Source: Tubulanus polymorphus
Taxonomy: Eukaryota; Animalia; Nemertea
Direction: 5' to 3'
Assembly: GCF_964204645.1 (NCBI RefSeq)
Contig: NC_134029.1
Coordinates: 7,006,001-7,070,000, forward strand
Length of the DNA: 64,000 nucleotides
The position numbers were made by a program, and so were the translations under genes. Within the stretch, counting starts at the first letter, position 1; every line of letters begins with the position of its first letter. The notes below the pieces were generated by a model, which was given only the letters and a program-made list of their open reading frames with translations, was not told the DNA's origin and ran no database searches. Shown here piece by piece: positions 1 to 20,800 of the stretch.

Positions 1-200
1 TTTATTCCATCCACCTCACACCCCTTCTAGAAACTTTGTGAGATTTCTTATAATAATTTAATTGGGAAAAATAGCTATTACCTTCTCATTACGTCATTTG
101 GATAAGAAAGTGCTCCCTTAAAAAATCACACCATATTTACTTAAATCCTCACGAACCCTCAAAGCAAAAACTGCATAATTCTTTATTTTTTCTATTGCAG

Positions 201-8239
<8,039 letters not shown>

Positions 8240-8765
8240 AGAATTTTGAGCTCATAATATTCAAGAACGGATAAAGACAGACCTCCTGTTAAAATCCTCA
8301 TGTTAATTAAAGACAATACGGAAGTGATGAACGAAAATTGCTGTGACGGCAAAATTTTAAAAGGCGGCTTCACTCATTTCTTGTTTCTGTGATTTTCAAA
8401 AAAATGAATCGGTGCCAAACCGATTTTATGTGCGTGAGAGTGTGTATGTATTGTTCGAACGCTTCTAGAGTCGTGCGTGAATTTCTCCACACGGGAGACA
8501 CTTTGGTGATTACTAAAACAGATCCCTGATTCGGTATCTTTCGGGAATGATCACTGTATTGAAGACGACCGTCGTCGGATCTGAGGGCGATGTCGAATCT
8601 CTTATCAGTCAAATAGTGTTTTTCGTTTGAACAATGAAATTCGTTCCAAATACCGTTAAAATCGTCTCTCTTTTTCTCACTTTTTTACAACACTACACAC
8701 ACATGTGTATGTTTACTGCTGTTTTGTGGCGAATATCACCCTTATATAATTGGGTTTATAGGTGG

Positions 8766-8803
8766 AGAGGTATCGTAGCTAGACAGAGGTATCGTAGCTA
8801 GAC
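8766..8803. repeat. Perfect 19-bp tandem duplication
   Basis: AGAGGTATCGTAGCTAGAC occurs twice in tandem, downstream of the SK stop codon. Confidence 0.85.
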
Positions 8804-10411
8804 TAGCTAGGCGAAGACAAGTTTTTAGAGCCGTATTCAATCTCGGCCACCGATTATTTGAAAACGGGGATCCAAAATTGTCAAAAATAGTATGGACACA
8901 ATCGAGTTGCCAATATCTTAATCGGATACCCGATATCTATCTTTTTGGGGGGTCGAACCTACTTTCTTGAGGAGGATATTTTGGCAAATTACCACTCGAA
9001 CTCAACGAGACTGAATGATGAATTTGTGTTGGATTCAAAGACCATCGCGTCGATTACATATATACATATTCTTCAAAATTGGCTTTAAAGTTCAAAACAT
9101 TCTGGTCACATTCGAAAATCCACTTTCAAATAAGATTCGAGAAAAAGAGCAAGATATTGTACGTGAAGATCCAGACAAAATTCAGACAAAAAAAAATTGT
9201 GATGTAGAAAAAAAATAAATTCTTTTGCTCCGTCCATAAAATTCACTAAAGTATTCTCAGATACTTCAACTTCTTGTCTGCCTACGTTTGAAATTGAACG
9301 AGGCGTTAGATTTCTGCTGAATTTCCCACAAGTTATCGTAAGCGATAGATCACGTGCTTTCCCCGTTAGTGGCGTCGGCACTAGTAGCAGACGATGCCGC
9401 GACATTCGTTTTCTTCTTTCTAGAAATGAAAGTAACTTATTGTTATTCGTAGATACGTCATCGATCTGCTATGCAACTTTTTGTCTCAATCAAAGACCGA
9501 AATGTCTAGTATAGATACGTATTGATGATTTGTGTTCTGTGGCATTCCTGAGGGCGATGATGTTGACGAATTGTTGATAATAATGAAATTATATTCCTTT
9601 GAAAATTAATGTAAATATGATATGACGAATTTTTCACTAGTGCGAATGGCGATCATCATTTGCACGACTATTGTTAATCGAATTGGTATGATCGACTAAA
9701 ATAGGTTTCGATCGAGGCAAACGTTTGGATCGCGCATATCCGAGTACGTACGTTCGTATATGGCTAGCCGAAATATATAATACCCAGTACATTATAGGCT
9801 AGTGTTTCAACTCCTTAAATATAACAGTTGCATCTGTATTGTTATTTTGATCCGAGCTTGCAAGGATGAAATATTAGACTTATACGCATATATCTCTCAT
9901 AAAATAATACCCACAGGGAGACAGACGAAGGACGACTGCTGTATCAAAACACAGACAGACGATAGACACCGATGTGCGGAGGTTCGAACAACAGCTAGTA
10001 TATAATTGGTGATAAAGACTATATTAATTATAGCCCGCAACCCTTATACAGATGTTTATAATGTTCACATAAAAATGTTTGAAGAATGTTAAATACAAAG
10101 GTGTAATTAAAATATTAGAAATATCATCGCATTTGCAGTTTTTCGATTGGAAAATATAGGAATGTTCGGTGAATGGTTTCAGTTCACTTTCGGTACATAC
10201 ATGTATCGATATTGTTTCGACTCTTAGATTTCTCTGGTGCAGTCACATTGAAAGGTAATTCTAATTAATGACACGAGGACCATCCACGGACCTTTTACAC
10301 CCAGTGTTGATCAGAAAAAGAAATGCATACACACCTTCAATAAGGGATCTAACGAGGCGCATTACCGGGTCGTTATTCAAATCAGTCCAGTAACAGACGG
10401 ATTAGATGCTA

Positions 10412-10581
10412 CAGTAAACATCATCTTCTCTGAACATGGCCGATTCAGACCTTTTGACTAACTCGGACAAAAACAAAATAATTTTTCTGACTTCGTAACG
10501 TTTTCTCGTATACTTAAAACTCACCTTATTTCGTTTACCTCGGACCGATATTGCAGGTCCGAGTTTAGACGAGGTTTACTG
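10412..10581. mobile_element. Tc1/mariner-pogo-like MITE
   Basis: TA|CAGTAAAC...GTTTACTG|TA: imperfect TIRs (CAGTAAACATCATCT vs CAGTAAACCTCGTCT) with a TA target duplication. Confidence 0.65.
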
Positions 10582-10632
10582 TATAATGACAGCGGAATAA
10601 ATGCCCTCACACCCATATATGCACACCCTATA

Positions 10633-11054
10633 CTGGGTCTCCAGTGGTAAGGTCAGGATAAAAAGAAGTACTAAGAATGACTTTTTCAGCAATTTTGGAC
10701 GCAAAAGGAGGGACTTGTGGACTCGGAAAGAAGTACTTTCCAGTAAAATGAGGGCCCATAAGGAAGCATTTAAAATGCCTTGGCCGGAATACTCATGTAG
10801 ACCAATCATACATGTCAGGGTAATTCCATAACACTTTCCTGTATATTCAATCTTACTGACAATTGAATTACCAGGTCTGAGTAAGAAAATACTTCAAGTC
10901 GAATTCGCGACAAAATTGCGCACAAAAAGTACATAAAAATCTAATTTGGAAGGACTTTTTTATCAAGAGGAAGGACTTTAAAAAGAAGGACAAAGATGAT
11001 GTTTGTCCAAACCTTTTCCAAAAGAAGGACTTGGAATGACTGCTGGAAACCCTG
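10633..11054. mobile_element. hAT-like non-autonomous element with AAGGAC subterminal repeats
   Basis: Left CTGGGTCTCCAG vs right reverse complement CAGGGTTTCCAG. Many AAGGAC/AAGTAC/AATGAC units inside. Flanks are CCTATA and CCAATA (5/6 match). Confidence 0.6.
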
Positions 11055-11201
11055 CCAATATTGCAACATAGCAACCTCAACCCCAACCCTCATCTCTCAC
11101 GTTGGCCCCGAAATTACTAGCAACGCGAGTAACGTAACAAATCAACAATTTTGTTATACCCGGTATATAAATATTTATTTGATTAAAAAAAAAAATGCTC
11201 T

Positions 11202-13751
11202 TCATTTATCATCATCGTATTGTTCTTCGTGATTGTATTTACACTCCGTTCCTAGATCGCATTCTCCGTTTTTAAACCTTTTGCACGGAAAGTTCTTATA
11301 ACGATTTTCCTCAGTATTCAAGCTATGTGGTCCCTGAAAATAAAAGGCGAAATAATGATTATGTCAGTCGGACTTTACCGAATCAAATATTCAGATTGCA
11401 GTGGTACATTGTGAATATAAAGACGTGGGTTACAGTACTTGCTGAAAATCGAAAATGCATTCATATTTTTAGAACTATAGATTAAAGAATGATCATTATC
11501 CTAACAGCCAGAGTCAACTGTTGTGTAGTACCTTGCGTTTTCCCTGTTGTTTGGACCTTTTTTCCGTCATTGACTCTTCCCCGTCGAATTTCTTCGCCCT
11601 TGATTTCGGTCCCCAGTCTTTTTCGGGATTCAGCTGCCATCGCACTAAGCCTTTTTCCCTCGACTGTGGGTTAGCATCAGCGTGGAGTTCAAATGAAGCT
11701 TGAACTGCCGGTTCTTTGCTTAGAATCGCCTTCGTCACGGAACCTTCTACCAGATGTCTTTCATTGACCGGATTTTGTTTAGCCCAACACCTCATGATAT
11801 CCTAGAAATTTAGAAAATACATATATATTGCAAACCACTACAAAGAGAACATACCAGAAAATCTCCACTGCATGCGTTTGTACATTATCTGGGGAAGAGT
11901 ACAAATGATTGTTCGAAAATGTTTAAGAAATTCAATTCTATGACATTTTCCAAGATGATAAGACCTCTGTCATTACAACATTAATTCCATGAACTTACAG
12001 GCTACCTGGAATTCAACACTAAGTCCATACTCTATCTCAAACCACATGAATCCGATCTATCTAATCTAGATATAAAGCTAATCCTAGAACCATCTAAACT
12101 CAGTTTCCTTGTAATGGATGCAATGCAGTTTTTAGAGCGGCTGATGAATCCTGAGAAATTATCATTGCAACCTAAGACCTGGGTTCCTAACAAATCTTTG
12201 CAATTGCATGACAATCTTTTATGTGAGCTCCTTGACCCTAGTAGCAGCATCAACTTACCCATATCACTGACATTGGTGCATTCGTTTTGATGGAATTCTT
12301 CTGAGCGTGAGACATGGAAATATCATAGCCAGCATTCATAATCGCAGACCTTAAATGTAGAAAGATTGGAAGCAATACAGAAGGAATTGTGGCTGAATTC
12401 TTAGATTTACAGACTCAACGAAGGCTCTTTGATAAAAATATCAATTTGCTTCAACAAACCTAATAGTGACTAATGAAATAGCAGTAACGTGAAGAGTAGA
12501 ACACAACCCATCAGTCAGGTAGTATAACGGTACGTCGGGAAGTTCTTCCGATACGACGGTCATCATTCCGATGATACGATTCGCCGTTTGAAACCGTTCG
12601 CTGTTCTGGTGTACGCTGGCGATCAGCTTCCGAACGAAATCCATATCGTGTAATGGCGCCGACCAGATCGGACCTCCGAGGATATGTGCGTGATTACAAT
12701 GAGCGCACGCGGCGTCGACCGGCGGCCCGCGACCGGGCGCGAATTTCACCGATCCCTTATGCGGCTCGGCTAGTCCGAGCGGCTGCAGCGTGTACGTTTC
12801 GCAGCCGACGCACTGATAGACCATCGCCAGTTTACTCACCGCCATTTTCGCTTTTGACTGCGCCGAGAATACACGCGCGAACACGCGTATGTAGAAATCG
12901 ACGCTGACGCTGATCACCGGTTCGATATAGCGACCGTAACGCGCCGCGTGACTCTGAATACTCTGCAGCAGCACGCGTAGCGCTTGCTCGTGGCACGCTT
13001 TGCTGCGAATCGCCATCGAACCGTATTTCGTGAAACAAGTTTCGCCGTGATTTCCGCTCAACACGGCCATATCGGTCGCCGTTATGCAGAGTAGTCCGCC
13101 GTCGCGTACGGCTTGAACGGCCGAATCCAAAAACGGACTCGGACTACCGTACGGGTCTAAATCGATCACGTCGAATTGATCGGAGACTTTTCGATTCCGA
13201 TACATGACCATCGAAGCGTCGCCGCAATTCGCTTTCATTAAGCGCTCGACGGAGTTCATTTCGATATTTTTCGCGATGTAACCAACCGCGTTCTCGTCGA
13301 AATCGTTGCTGACGATTTCCTTCACGCCGGGAATCTCGAGCGCGAATCGAACCGATCGCAACCCCGTAGCGGCTAATCCCTCCAAAATACGTAATCCATT
13401 CGGGTAATACTTTCCGCACTCTAACTCCTCCGCGTTAGCCAACTTAGCCTCTTCAGCCTCCACGCTTTTGGGTTTTCGTCCTTTGATTCGACCATTTTGA
13501 AGATCGTCGAAATGCTGCTTGGCGAATTCCGTTATTACGCTTATAGTTAAATCGCGGTTGAATTCTTGCACCGGATTGTAGAAAACAGTTTTCGGGCTGA
13601 AGATGCGAGCTTTACCCTCAGACACAACATTATCAGTCTCAGCGGAAGGTCCAGTGCTTGCCATTTGGACGCGATAGCCCAGAGAACTCGAGCGTTTGAG
13701 AAATTTTGAATGTTTAAAGCATGAACAACGAAACGCGGTAATTCTCAACAT
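11202..13751 (-). CDS. TRMT1: tRNA (guanine-26-N2)-dimethyltransferase
   Basis: Exons 13751-12460 (VFYNPVQEFNRDL, LEGLAATGLRSVRF, FDVIDLDPYGSP), 12349-12259, 11801-11532 (NPEKDWGPKSRA) and 11333-11202 (CCCH zinc finger CKRFKNGECDLGTECKYNH, stop). Probable 5'UTR intron 13763-13972. Confidence 0.96.
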
Positions 13752-13940
13752 TTGCTTTCATTCTGAAAAATAAAGATTTCAAGTAACCAATCAACATCAT
13801 AATAATTTATCAAAGGCACTCATGTTCAAGTCCACGCAGTAATAGATAGGCTAGCAAAATTGGTTCTGTGATAAAATGCAACGATCTAAATTTTCAGATA
13901 AAAAGGTGAGGGACAAGGATTTTTCTCGATGATTGAACAG

Positions 13941-14820
13941 GCCGCCATTTAGGGCAAGTCGGTTGGTCTTACCTTGTAACCACTCCAGGAACAGCACCGT
14001 TAAAATTTAGTTAACTGTTAGGTTTATGTCTATGACAATTAAATAATAATATGCCAGTAGCAGGAGTAAATCAATCTAACGAAACAAGTAGAGTTTTTGG
14101 TTTTTCAAAAAACCAATCAGTTTGTCCTACGCAAAGACGCTGATCGGTCATTGGCACGAATATATTGTTTCGAACGGATCCTGGCCGCTGGCGCTAATTT
14201 GTACGACGGAAAAGTGTCATGTCGCATTTTCCACTTACTTTCGAAAATACAGAGCCATCGAAGCAAAGTTTATTTAAAGAAATGAAAGGATCTTTTGTTC
14301 GTCTATAAAATCATTTCACCCAGCACTGGCAGCGGTTGTCTCCACCAGTGATCTCCGTCGCTCTACGATCCTAGTGTAACCAACTGTATGAAGTAACTGT
14401 GGTACATCAGACACTAAGATTCTTGGTGAATAAAATCATGTGCTACCTTGCAAAACTGTTCCCCAATGCCCATTACACACACATGTGGAGGTTTCCCAGT
14501 ACGACAGTGACGTCATTCAAGTTCAAGTTCAAGTTCGGTGATTCCTGTAAAGTGAGCGAACAATACAAATTCAATTCAATTTTTGTTCTTCAAAGTAATC
14601 GCTGATAATTACACAAACCCGATAAAAGATGACAGTCGTGATAGGGGCGAAGAATAAAACAGATACAAAAGATTAATATGAGTCACATCCTTCACTTTGC
14701 AACCGTCTTCTCATATCGAAATGTACTGGTAGCACTAAAAGCGGTTGGTCAATTGTATGTGGAGCCGGTGTGAATTTGTTTCCTTCTTTATTCGTTTATA
14801 CGATTTTTATTCGAAAAGCA
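13941..14820. promoter_or_regulatory. Putative bidirectional promoter region of TRMT1 and NCBP1
   Basis: The genes are head to head with ATGs about 1.1 kb apart. YY1-like GCCGCCATTT at 13941, CCAAT at about 14113, full CRE TGACGTCA at 14508-14515. Confidence 0.55.
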
Positions 14821-14839
14821 GAACTACGAGAGGTTTAAG

Positions 14840-17800
14840 ATGTCTCGAAGACGACATAATAGTGGCGGTAGTGGCAGCGAAGATGAAGATGGTAGGTAGA
14901 AATGTGTGTGGTGTTTGAATGTGCTATTGTAGCGTATGGAAAAATAAACTGAGCAAGTATTTGTAGATCGGTTACGCTAATTATCAAAATAAACCTTAGT
15001 AGAAATTAATGTAATATAGCGCTCAAGTGTCATGACAGTTGCATTACAGTGAAGAAAAACTGAAAGAAACTGATGAAGAGGCAAACGTGAAAAAGAAAGG
15101 GCGTTTGCCCGGGGGCGGGGTCTTCCATGAGTAGAGACATTTTTTTAGGATAAACAGTTGCCTGTCTTGTTTGTTGTGCAACCCCCTGGCCCTGCCCTGC
15201 AACCGTACATAGGCTTTGGTTTCACCCAGTCCTGAGAATGGCCGGTTCGCGGAGCTCCGTATACTGCCAATACTAAAGAGCTCGCGTGAACCACCCACCC
15301 AGTCACGTAGTCGTTATTTTACGTCGAAATTGCCGACTGGCGCTCAGTCGGCACTTTAACCACTCGGTACTCGGCAACTACTCATCCGATTTCAATAAAT
15401 AAACTACCTACACTGACCTTATGTTGTTATCTTTTCATTGTTTACCCTCCAAAGAATATATTTGAAGTTCAAGTGGCTGGAAATTGCCTCTATAAATATT
15501 TTAGTACCGCTTTTGTTTTACTAAAAAACGGTTCCTCGCGAGACTCACCCGCATGAAAAAATCAATATCTTAGCAACACAACAATAGATACCGCTTTGCG
15601 CGACTCGTGGATATTTGACAAGTCATGAAAAATCGTTTCATACACAAAATACGATGACAAAATGACTAAATAAACACAACAGTAAGAACAAGAAAGATCA
15701 GAGGTTTGCAATGATGGTTTATTTTTTGAAATCGGATGAATGAGAGCTGAGTAGTGATGATATAATTAGAGTTGAATTAAAAAGAATTTAAAATCACCGC
15801 GTATATGGCTCCTGCGACTTAGTGTCAGGGGTCGCGTTAGCGATATAACACTGACACTAAGGTTCTCAGTGAAGCTTTGGTGAGAATTATGTGACAAATG
15901 TGAAAACTTCTTGATATTTCTCTGAAAATGTGTATATTTTCAGAAAATCATGTTTTTCAAAGTTTTGCCAATAATGACACTGAGGTGAAAAATGTGAAAA
16001 TTCCGCCTTACACCAATCTCACTGCTGCTAAGAGTTAGGGATGTCTTAAGACAGTGCATTTCTACTGATATTTTTCAATTGATTTCATTTTTAATTTTGG
16101 TGACAGGACATTCAAGAAAGCGACGAAGAGCTGAAGTAGATATCGAAGACAGACTCGAGTCCCTTATCATGAGAGTAGGAGAAAAGGTAAATATGATAAT
16201 ACATGTATAATGATGATAATTTTTATTCATAAACAGTGTGGTGCATAGGTGTCATGAATAATTGAAGAATAATAGGGTTACAGAAGATACTTTTTTCAAT
16301 GTGTTTAATTACCCAGGAGTTCTCCCCTTTTATCTTTAGAGCACCTCATCCCTAGAGAGCAACTTGGAAGGTTTATCCAGCGTTCTGGAAGCTGATTTGA
16401 TCAATTACAAAGGACAAATCATCAAGATTTTGTGCGATTGGTAAATGAATAATCATGGATCATTCGTCATTGCAATTCACTTTCTCCTTTTTAGAGTTTC
16501 GTGGTAATTGTTTTCATTTTATTTTGATTTCAGCGTAGTGAGAATGCCAGAGAAGTTGACGGTCTATACCACACTTGTCGGTTTACTCAATGCTAAAAAC
16601 TACAATTGCGGTGGTGACGTAAGTTTCGAAAACCAGACTTGATATGCCTAAATGATTTATAAAGATGACATTTTTAGAGGGGGGGACTAGAGCATAATAG
16701 TGCTGCATCATTTTCTTTATTCGGGCCTCATAGGACTCGGGAATATTGATGTACCTGTTGTTTTCAGTTTGTTGAAATGTGCGTCCGAAACCTGAAAGAA
16801 GCTCTGAAATCAGGTGAATGGGAAAACGCGCGAATGATGGTGCGATTTCTCGCCGATCTCGTCAACTGCCACGTTATCGTAGCTGGGTCGCTGTTAGCGA
16901 TGTTTGACAATTTCATCGAGGTAGCTTTAGAGGACAACATTCCTCAGGTACGGGTAGAGATCATTCACTGTTTGCGATACACCAGACCTCTTGGGCACAC
17001 AAATGTACCCATGTTGCTGGACAAATATCCTATTTGGTATTTCATGTATTTTCTAGGTCCGTTCTGATTGGTATGTTTATACTGTACTTAGCGCATTACC
17101 TTGGGTATGTATATCTATCTATTTCATTCACATTGCGGAGATTCTGTAGACTATGAAACTGCAACGGTGATCATCCATCAATTATACACATATGTAATCA
17201 TGGATCTTTCCCTATTCCTTCATACTCGCCTCATCACCAGAAAAGTTAATTCATTTCAGGCCATTATGTGTACATTATGAATAGTAGTCCTTGTTATGTT
17301 AATTGGTAGTGGTTCTAGCTGTATAGTTAAAACGATTTGAAATACAGTTTGAATCACTCCCAATTAACATATTGAAGCCTGAAAAATTTTCAAATGCTGT
17401 GTCTTTCTTTACCACTAGCGGTATGTCAGAGATATTTGTCACTTTTTGAGTTTAAATGTTGCGCAGGTCGGACGAGAGTTATTCGAAACGAAATCAGGGG
17501 AATTCAACAATATGTTAATGACCATCGGCAACTATATCAATAAACGACAGAAGAACTACGTGCATTGTTTGAGAGTATGGACGACTGACGACCCACATCC
17601 GCAGGAAGAGGTACGCTGAATGTTACTCCCTCGAGATTGAATGATTGTTGATGAATTAATTTTGATTTTATGGTCTAGATTTGAATCGCACTTTTGTGGC
17701 AAAGATTTGAGCCTGGTGACATCAGGACCCAACCACGGAAAGATAACCCGCTCAAATAGACCCAGTGTATGTGTGCATATTGTCGCACAGGGTTGCCTCT

Positions 17801-20800
17801 CAACTCGTTTTGATAGATCCATGGATAGAAATAAATGAATGGGATGGAATAACCATGGCTAAAATGAAATGTGACATCTGGTGGCTGAACACATTAATTC
17901 ACTGTTCATTTCGATGTATAAAAGCTAGATTAAAAATGTCTTCGACTTATGGTTAAATCTATTTCCAGTATTTGGACTGTTTTTGGGCTCAGATGTGTAA
18001 CCTGCGTAAAAATGACTGGAACGATAAACAGATCGTGCGACCGTATTTAGCGTTCGATGGTACGTTGTGCGAAGCTCTGCAGCACGCGTTGCCGCAGATT
18101 ATTCCTCCGTCTCACAACGACGACACGGTCTACCCGTTTCCGTCTATCGTCTTCAGAATGTTCGATTTCACCGACGTTCCCGCAGAGGTAAGTTTGATTA
18201 TGCTAACGTCTGATTACTGCAGATACTATTTGAGGATAGTTGTTACTGTTTTAAGAGCTCAATTACTCCTTAGAACATGACTTTTAGTTCATTTTCAATC
18301 AAACCATTATTAGATGTCAAATTGTGTGGTGAAAGCTACTGCAACTAAAAAGTTGACTCCTACTACAAAGATGTATAAGAAGATAGTTAAGTCTGATTAC
18401 CACAGTGGATGTAGTCAGTGATATAGGTGTCAAATGCACTGTTTGAATATCCCGGAGGGAGAGGAAAGAATATAAATGAATTTATCTCGAATATGAGTGA
18501 TGAATTATTGTTTTCACTGCCAGTATATATAATGACCCATTTGTGGCCTCATGTAGAACACAAACTTAAGGGATCAGTAGTAGACCAGAGAACTCGTCTG
18601 TTCCTGATTTCCATAATGCTACCCTTTTAGCCTGATGAAATCTCAGTTTGTGCTAGTGCGATACCGCTTTCCAGACATTGACAGCCCTACAAGTTTACTA
18701 CGTTTATTTTTGTAGGGACCAGTACTTCCCGGTAGCCATGCGATCGAGCGATATCTAATCGAAGACCAGCTACATAAAATATTACAAACCCATCATCTGG
18801 AACGAAAAGATTGCGCCGCCGCTCTGCTCAGTTTCCCGACGAAGAATAAGATTCCTCTCAATTACATGATTGTTGAGGTATGTTTGAATTGTGTAATTCC
18901 GAGAGCGTTTGATTTGCCCAAATCCAAAAAAAATCCATAATGAATGTGATCAGTGACATTCGTACTTGTTGGTGACATTGTTGCCCGAGTATTTATCTTG
19001 AACTATGTATCAGTCATCTCTGTCTGAGGAGAGGTAACAACCAGTTTCATTTACCCGGTATCTCTTGGTCAAGATTTGACTAGGGTTAGAAAAGAATGGA
19101 AATTTTAACTCAAGTCAAATTTGAGCTACAGCCCATAAAAACCCGGGAGTCATCAATCAGGTCAGGCACCCTTGGTTGAGAGACTAGAGGCAATAATGAT
19201 GAGTGTCACTTGCCCAGGCACTAAAACTGTGGAACTTGATCCAATTTTTCAAAAATCAGAAGTTAGGTGTTGATGACTGTAGTAGTGTTAAAACTGTATA
19301 ATCTCAATCTAATATCACTTTAAGTTATATTATTTCAAGACATTTTTTCATATTTTCAGGTTGCGTTTTCGCAGCTATTCAGACTGCCTCGTGCTCCGTA
19401 TTTGGAAATCTTCTACGGATCAATTTTGATCGAGTTGTGTAAACTGCAGCCGAGTTCAATGCCTCAAGTTGTATCCTTTCAACACAAATACGGTTCATTT
19501 TTGTAGAAAAAAAGCGATTAATTATTGGTTATTCGGTTCCTTGAATCAATTTGTTATTAGCTGGCTCAAGCGACTGAGACCTTGTTCGAAAGAATAAATC
19601 ACATGAATGCTGCCTGCATTGAGAGGTTTGTAGATGAATGCCTGGCCTAATTTTCCACTTAGGGGTAGAGGTGCTACTGCACTTGCTAATGATATCTAAT
19701 CCTTGTTGTTGAAAACGAAAATCATGTTCCTGTTACATGAAAAGTTTGGTTTCATTGATTTTGTTTACAATATTTCATTATTTCAATGCAGAAAACAATT
19801 CCAAATTAGCCATTTTTAGCTTAAATTTTTACGGAAAACTGCAGGACCTAGTTCCACAAAGGGTGTACTAATTTTTTCCTGATTTCAATTGGTTTTACCC
19901 TCAGTCCCTACTTTTCCGGTTTTGTAAAAACTAGTTCAACCTAGTAGATTCAATCCATGAATTATAGCCACGATCACAGCAGTTTTCACAAAGTAAATTG
20001 CAACTACCAATATTTCTGGAAGCCTGAATCACTTTGCTTTGTCCCAGCGTTCTTTAGTATCGAATGAGTGGTTTATGTGCGGTTACTTCCAGATTTGCCA
20101 CGTGGTTCGCGTATCACTTGAGTAACTTTCAATTTCGTTGGAGCTGGGACGACTGGGCGCCGGACTGCACGAACTGCGACCCTGAGGCGCCGAAAGCTAA
20201 ATTCATCCGCGAAGTTCTCCTGAAGGCGATTCGTCTGTCGTATCATCAACGATTAGTCGACAGCGTGCCCGAATCGCTCGCCGAATTCGTGCCGAAAAAA
20301 CCGGCGTCGCATTATAAATACGAGGCAGAAGGCGCCGGGTCGTTGCCGGGTACGATGATCGCGCATCGTTTGATTCAGGCGATTAAAGAGAAATGCACTT
20401 CGGAAGACGCTCTTATGATATTAAACGAACTGCCGAACCCTAATGAAGATGATTGTAAGTTGAAATACAGTCAAACTTGCTTGAACTGGATCCGTTTGAT
20501 CTACCCCAACTACATGCCATATACATGTACATAGTGATGTAGTCCTTCAAATTCCCCAAAAATAGTTCATCTATCATCGATATTACTGTTTACAGCCGAT
20601 GCTTCGAGTTCCGCCATCAATCCGTTGAAAATAGATGTATTCGTCTCGAGTTTACTGCATCTCGGCAGAAAATCATTCAGTCATTCATTTGCTGCTATTG
20701 CAAAGTAAGTAATGAATCATTCATTACCTACATTCAGAATGTGTAAGATAACACGATGGTATACTCGTACTGTTTGCGCATTAGGTCGGGTTTGTTTGTT

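Noticed and set aside
10660-11045. Spaced AAGGAC repeats as a CRISPR-like array
   Set aside because: Eukaryotic context, units only about 6 nt and irregularly spaced, enclosed by TIRs.
12653-13419. Extra ORFs overlapping TRMT1, and similar ones over the GPCRs, ZIP and the 479-aa gene
   Set aside because: Shadow frames of GC-rich coding sequence with no independent homology or splice support.
15070-15115. CTGATGA followed by a hairpin, a possible hammerhead
   Set aside because: No GAAA after the stem, so the catalytic core is incomplete.
19196-19280. ATGATGA C-box-like motif in an NCBP1 intron (snoRNA candidate)
   Set aside because: No suitably placed CTGA D box or terminal stem; better explained as a SINE remnant.
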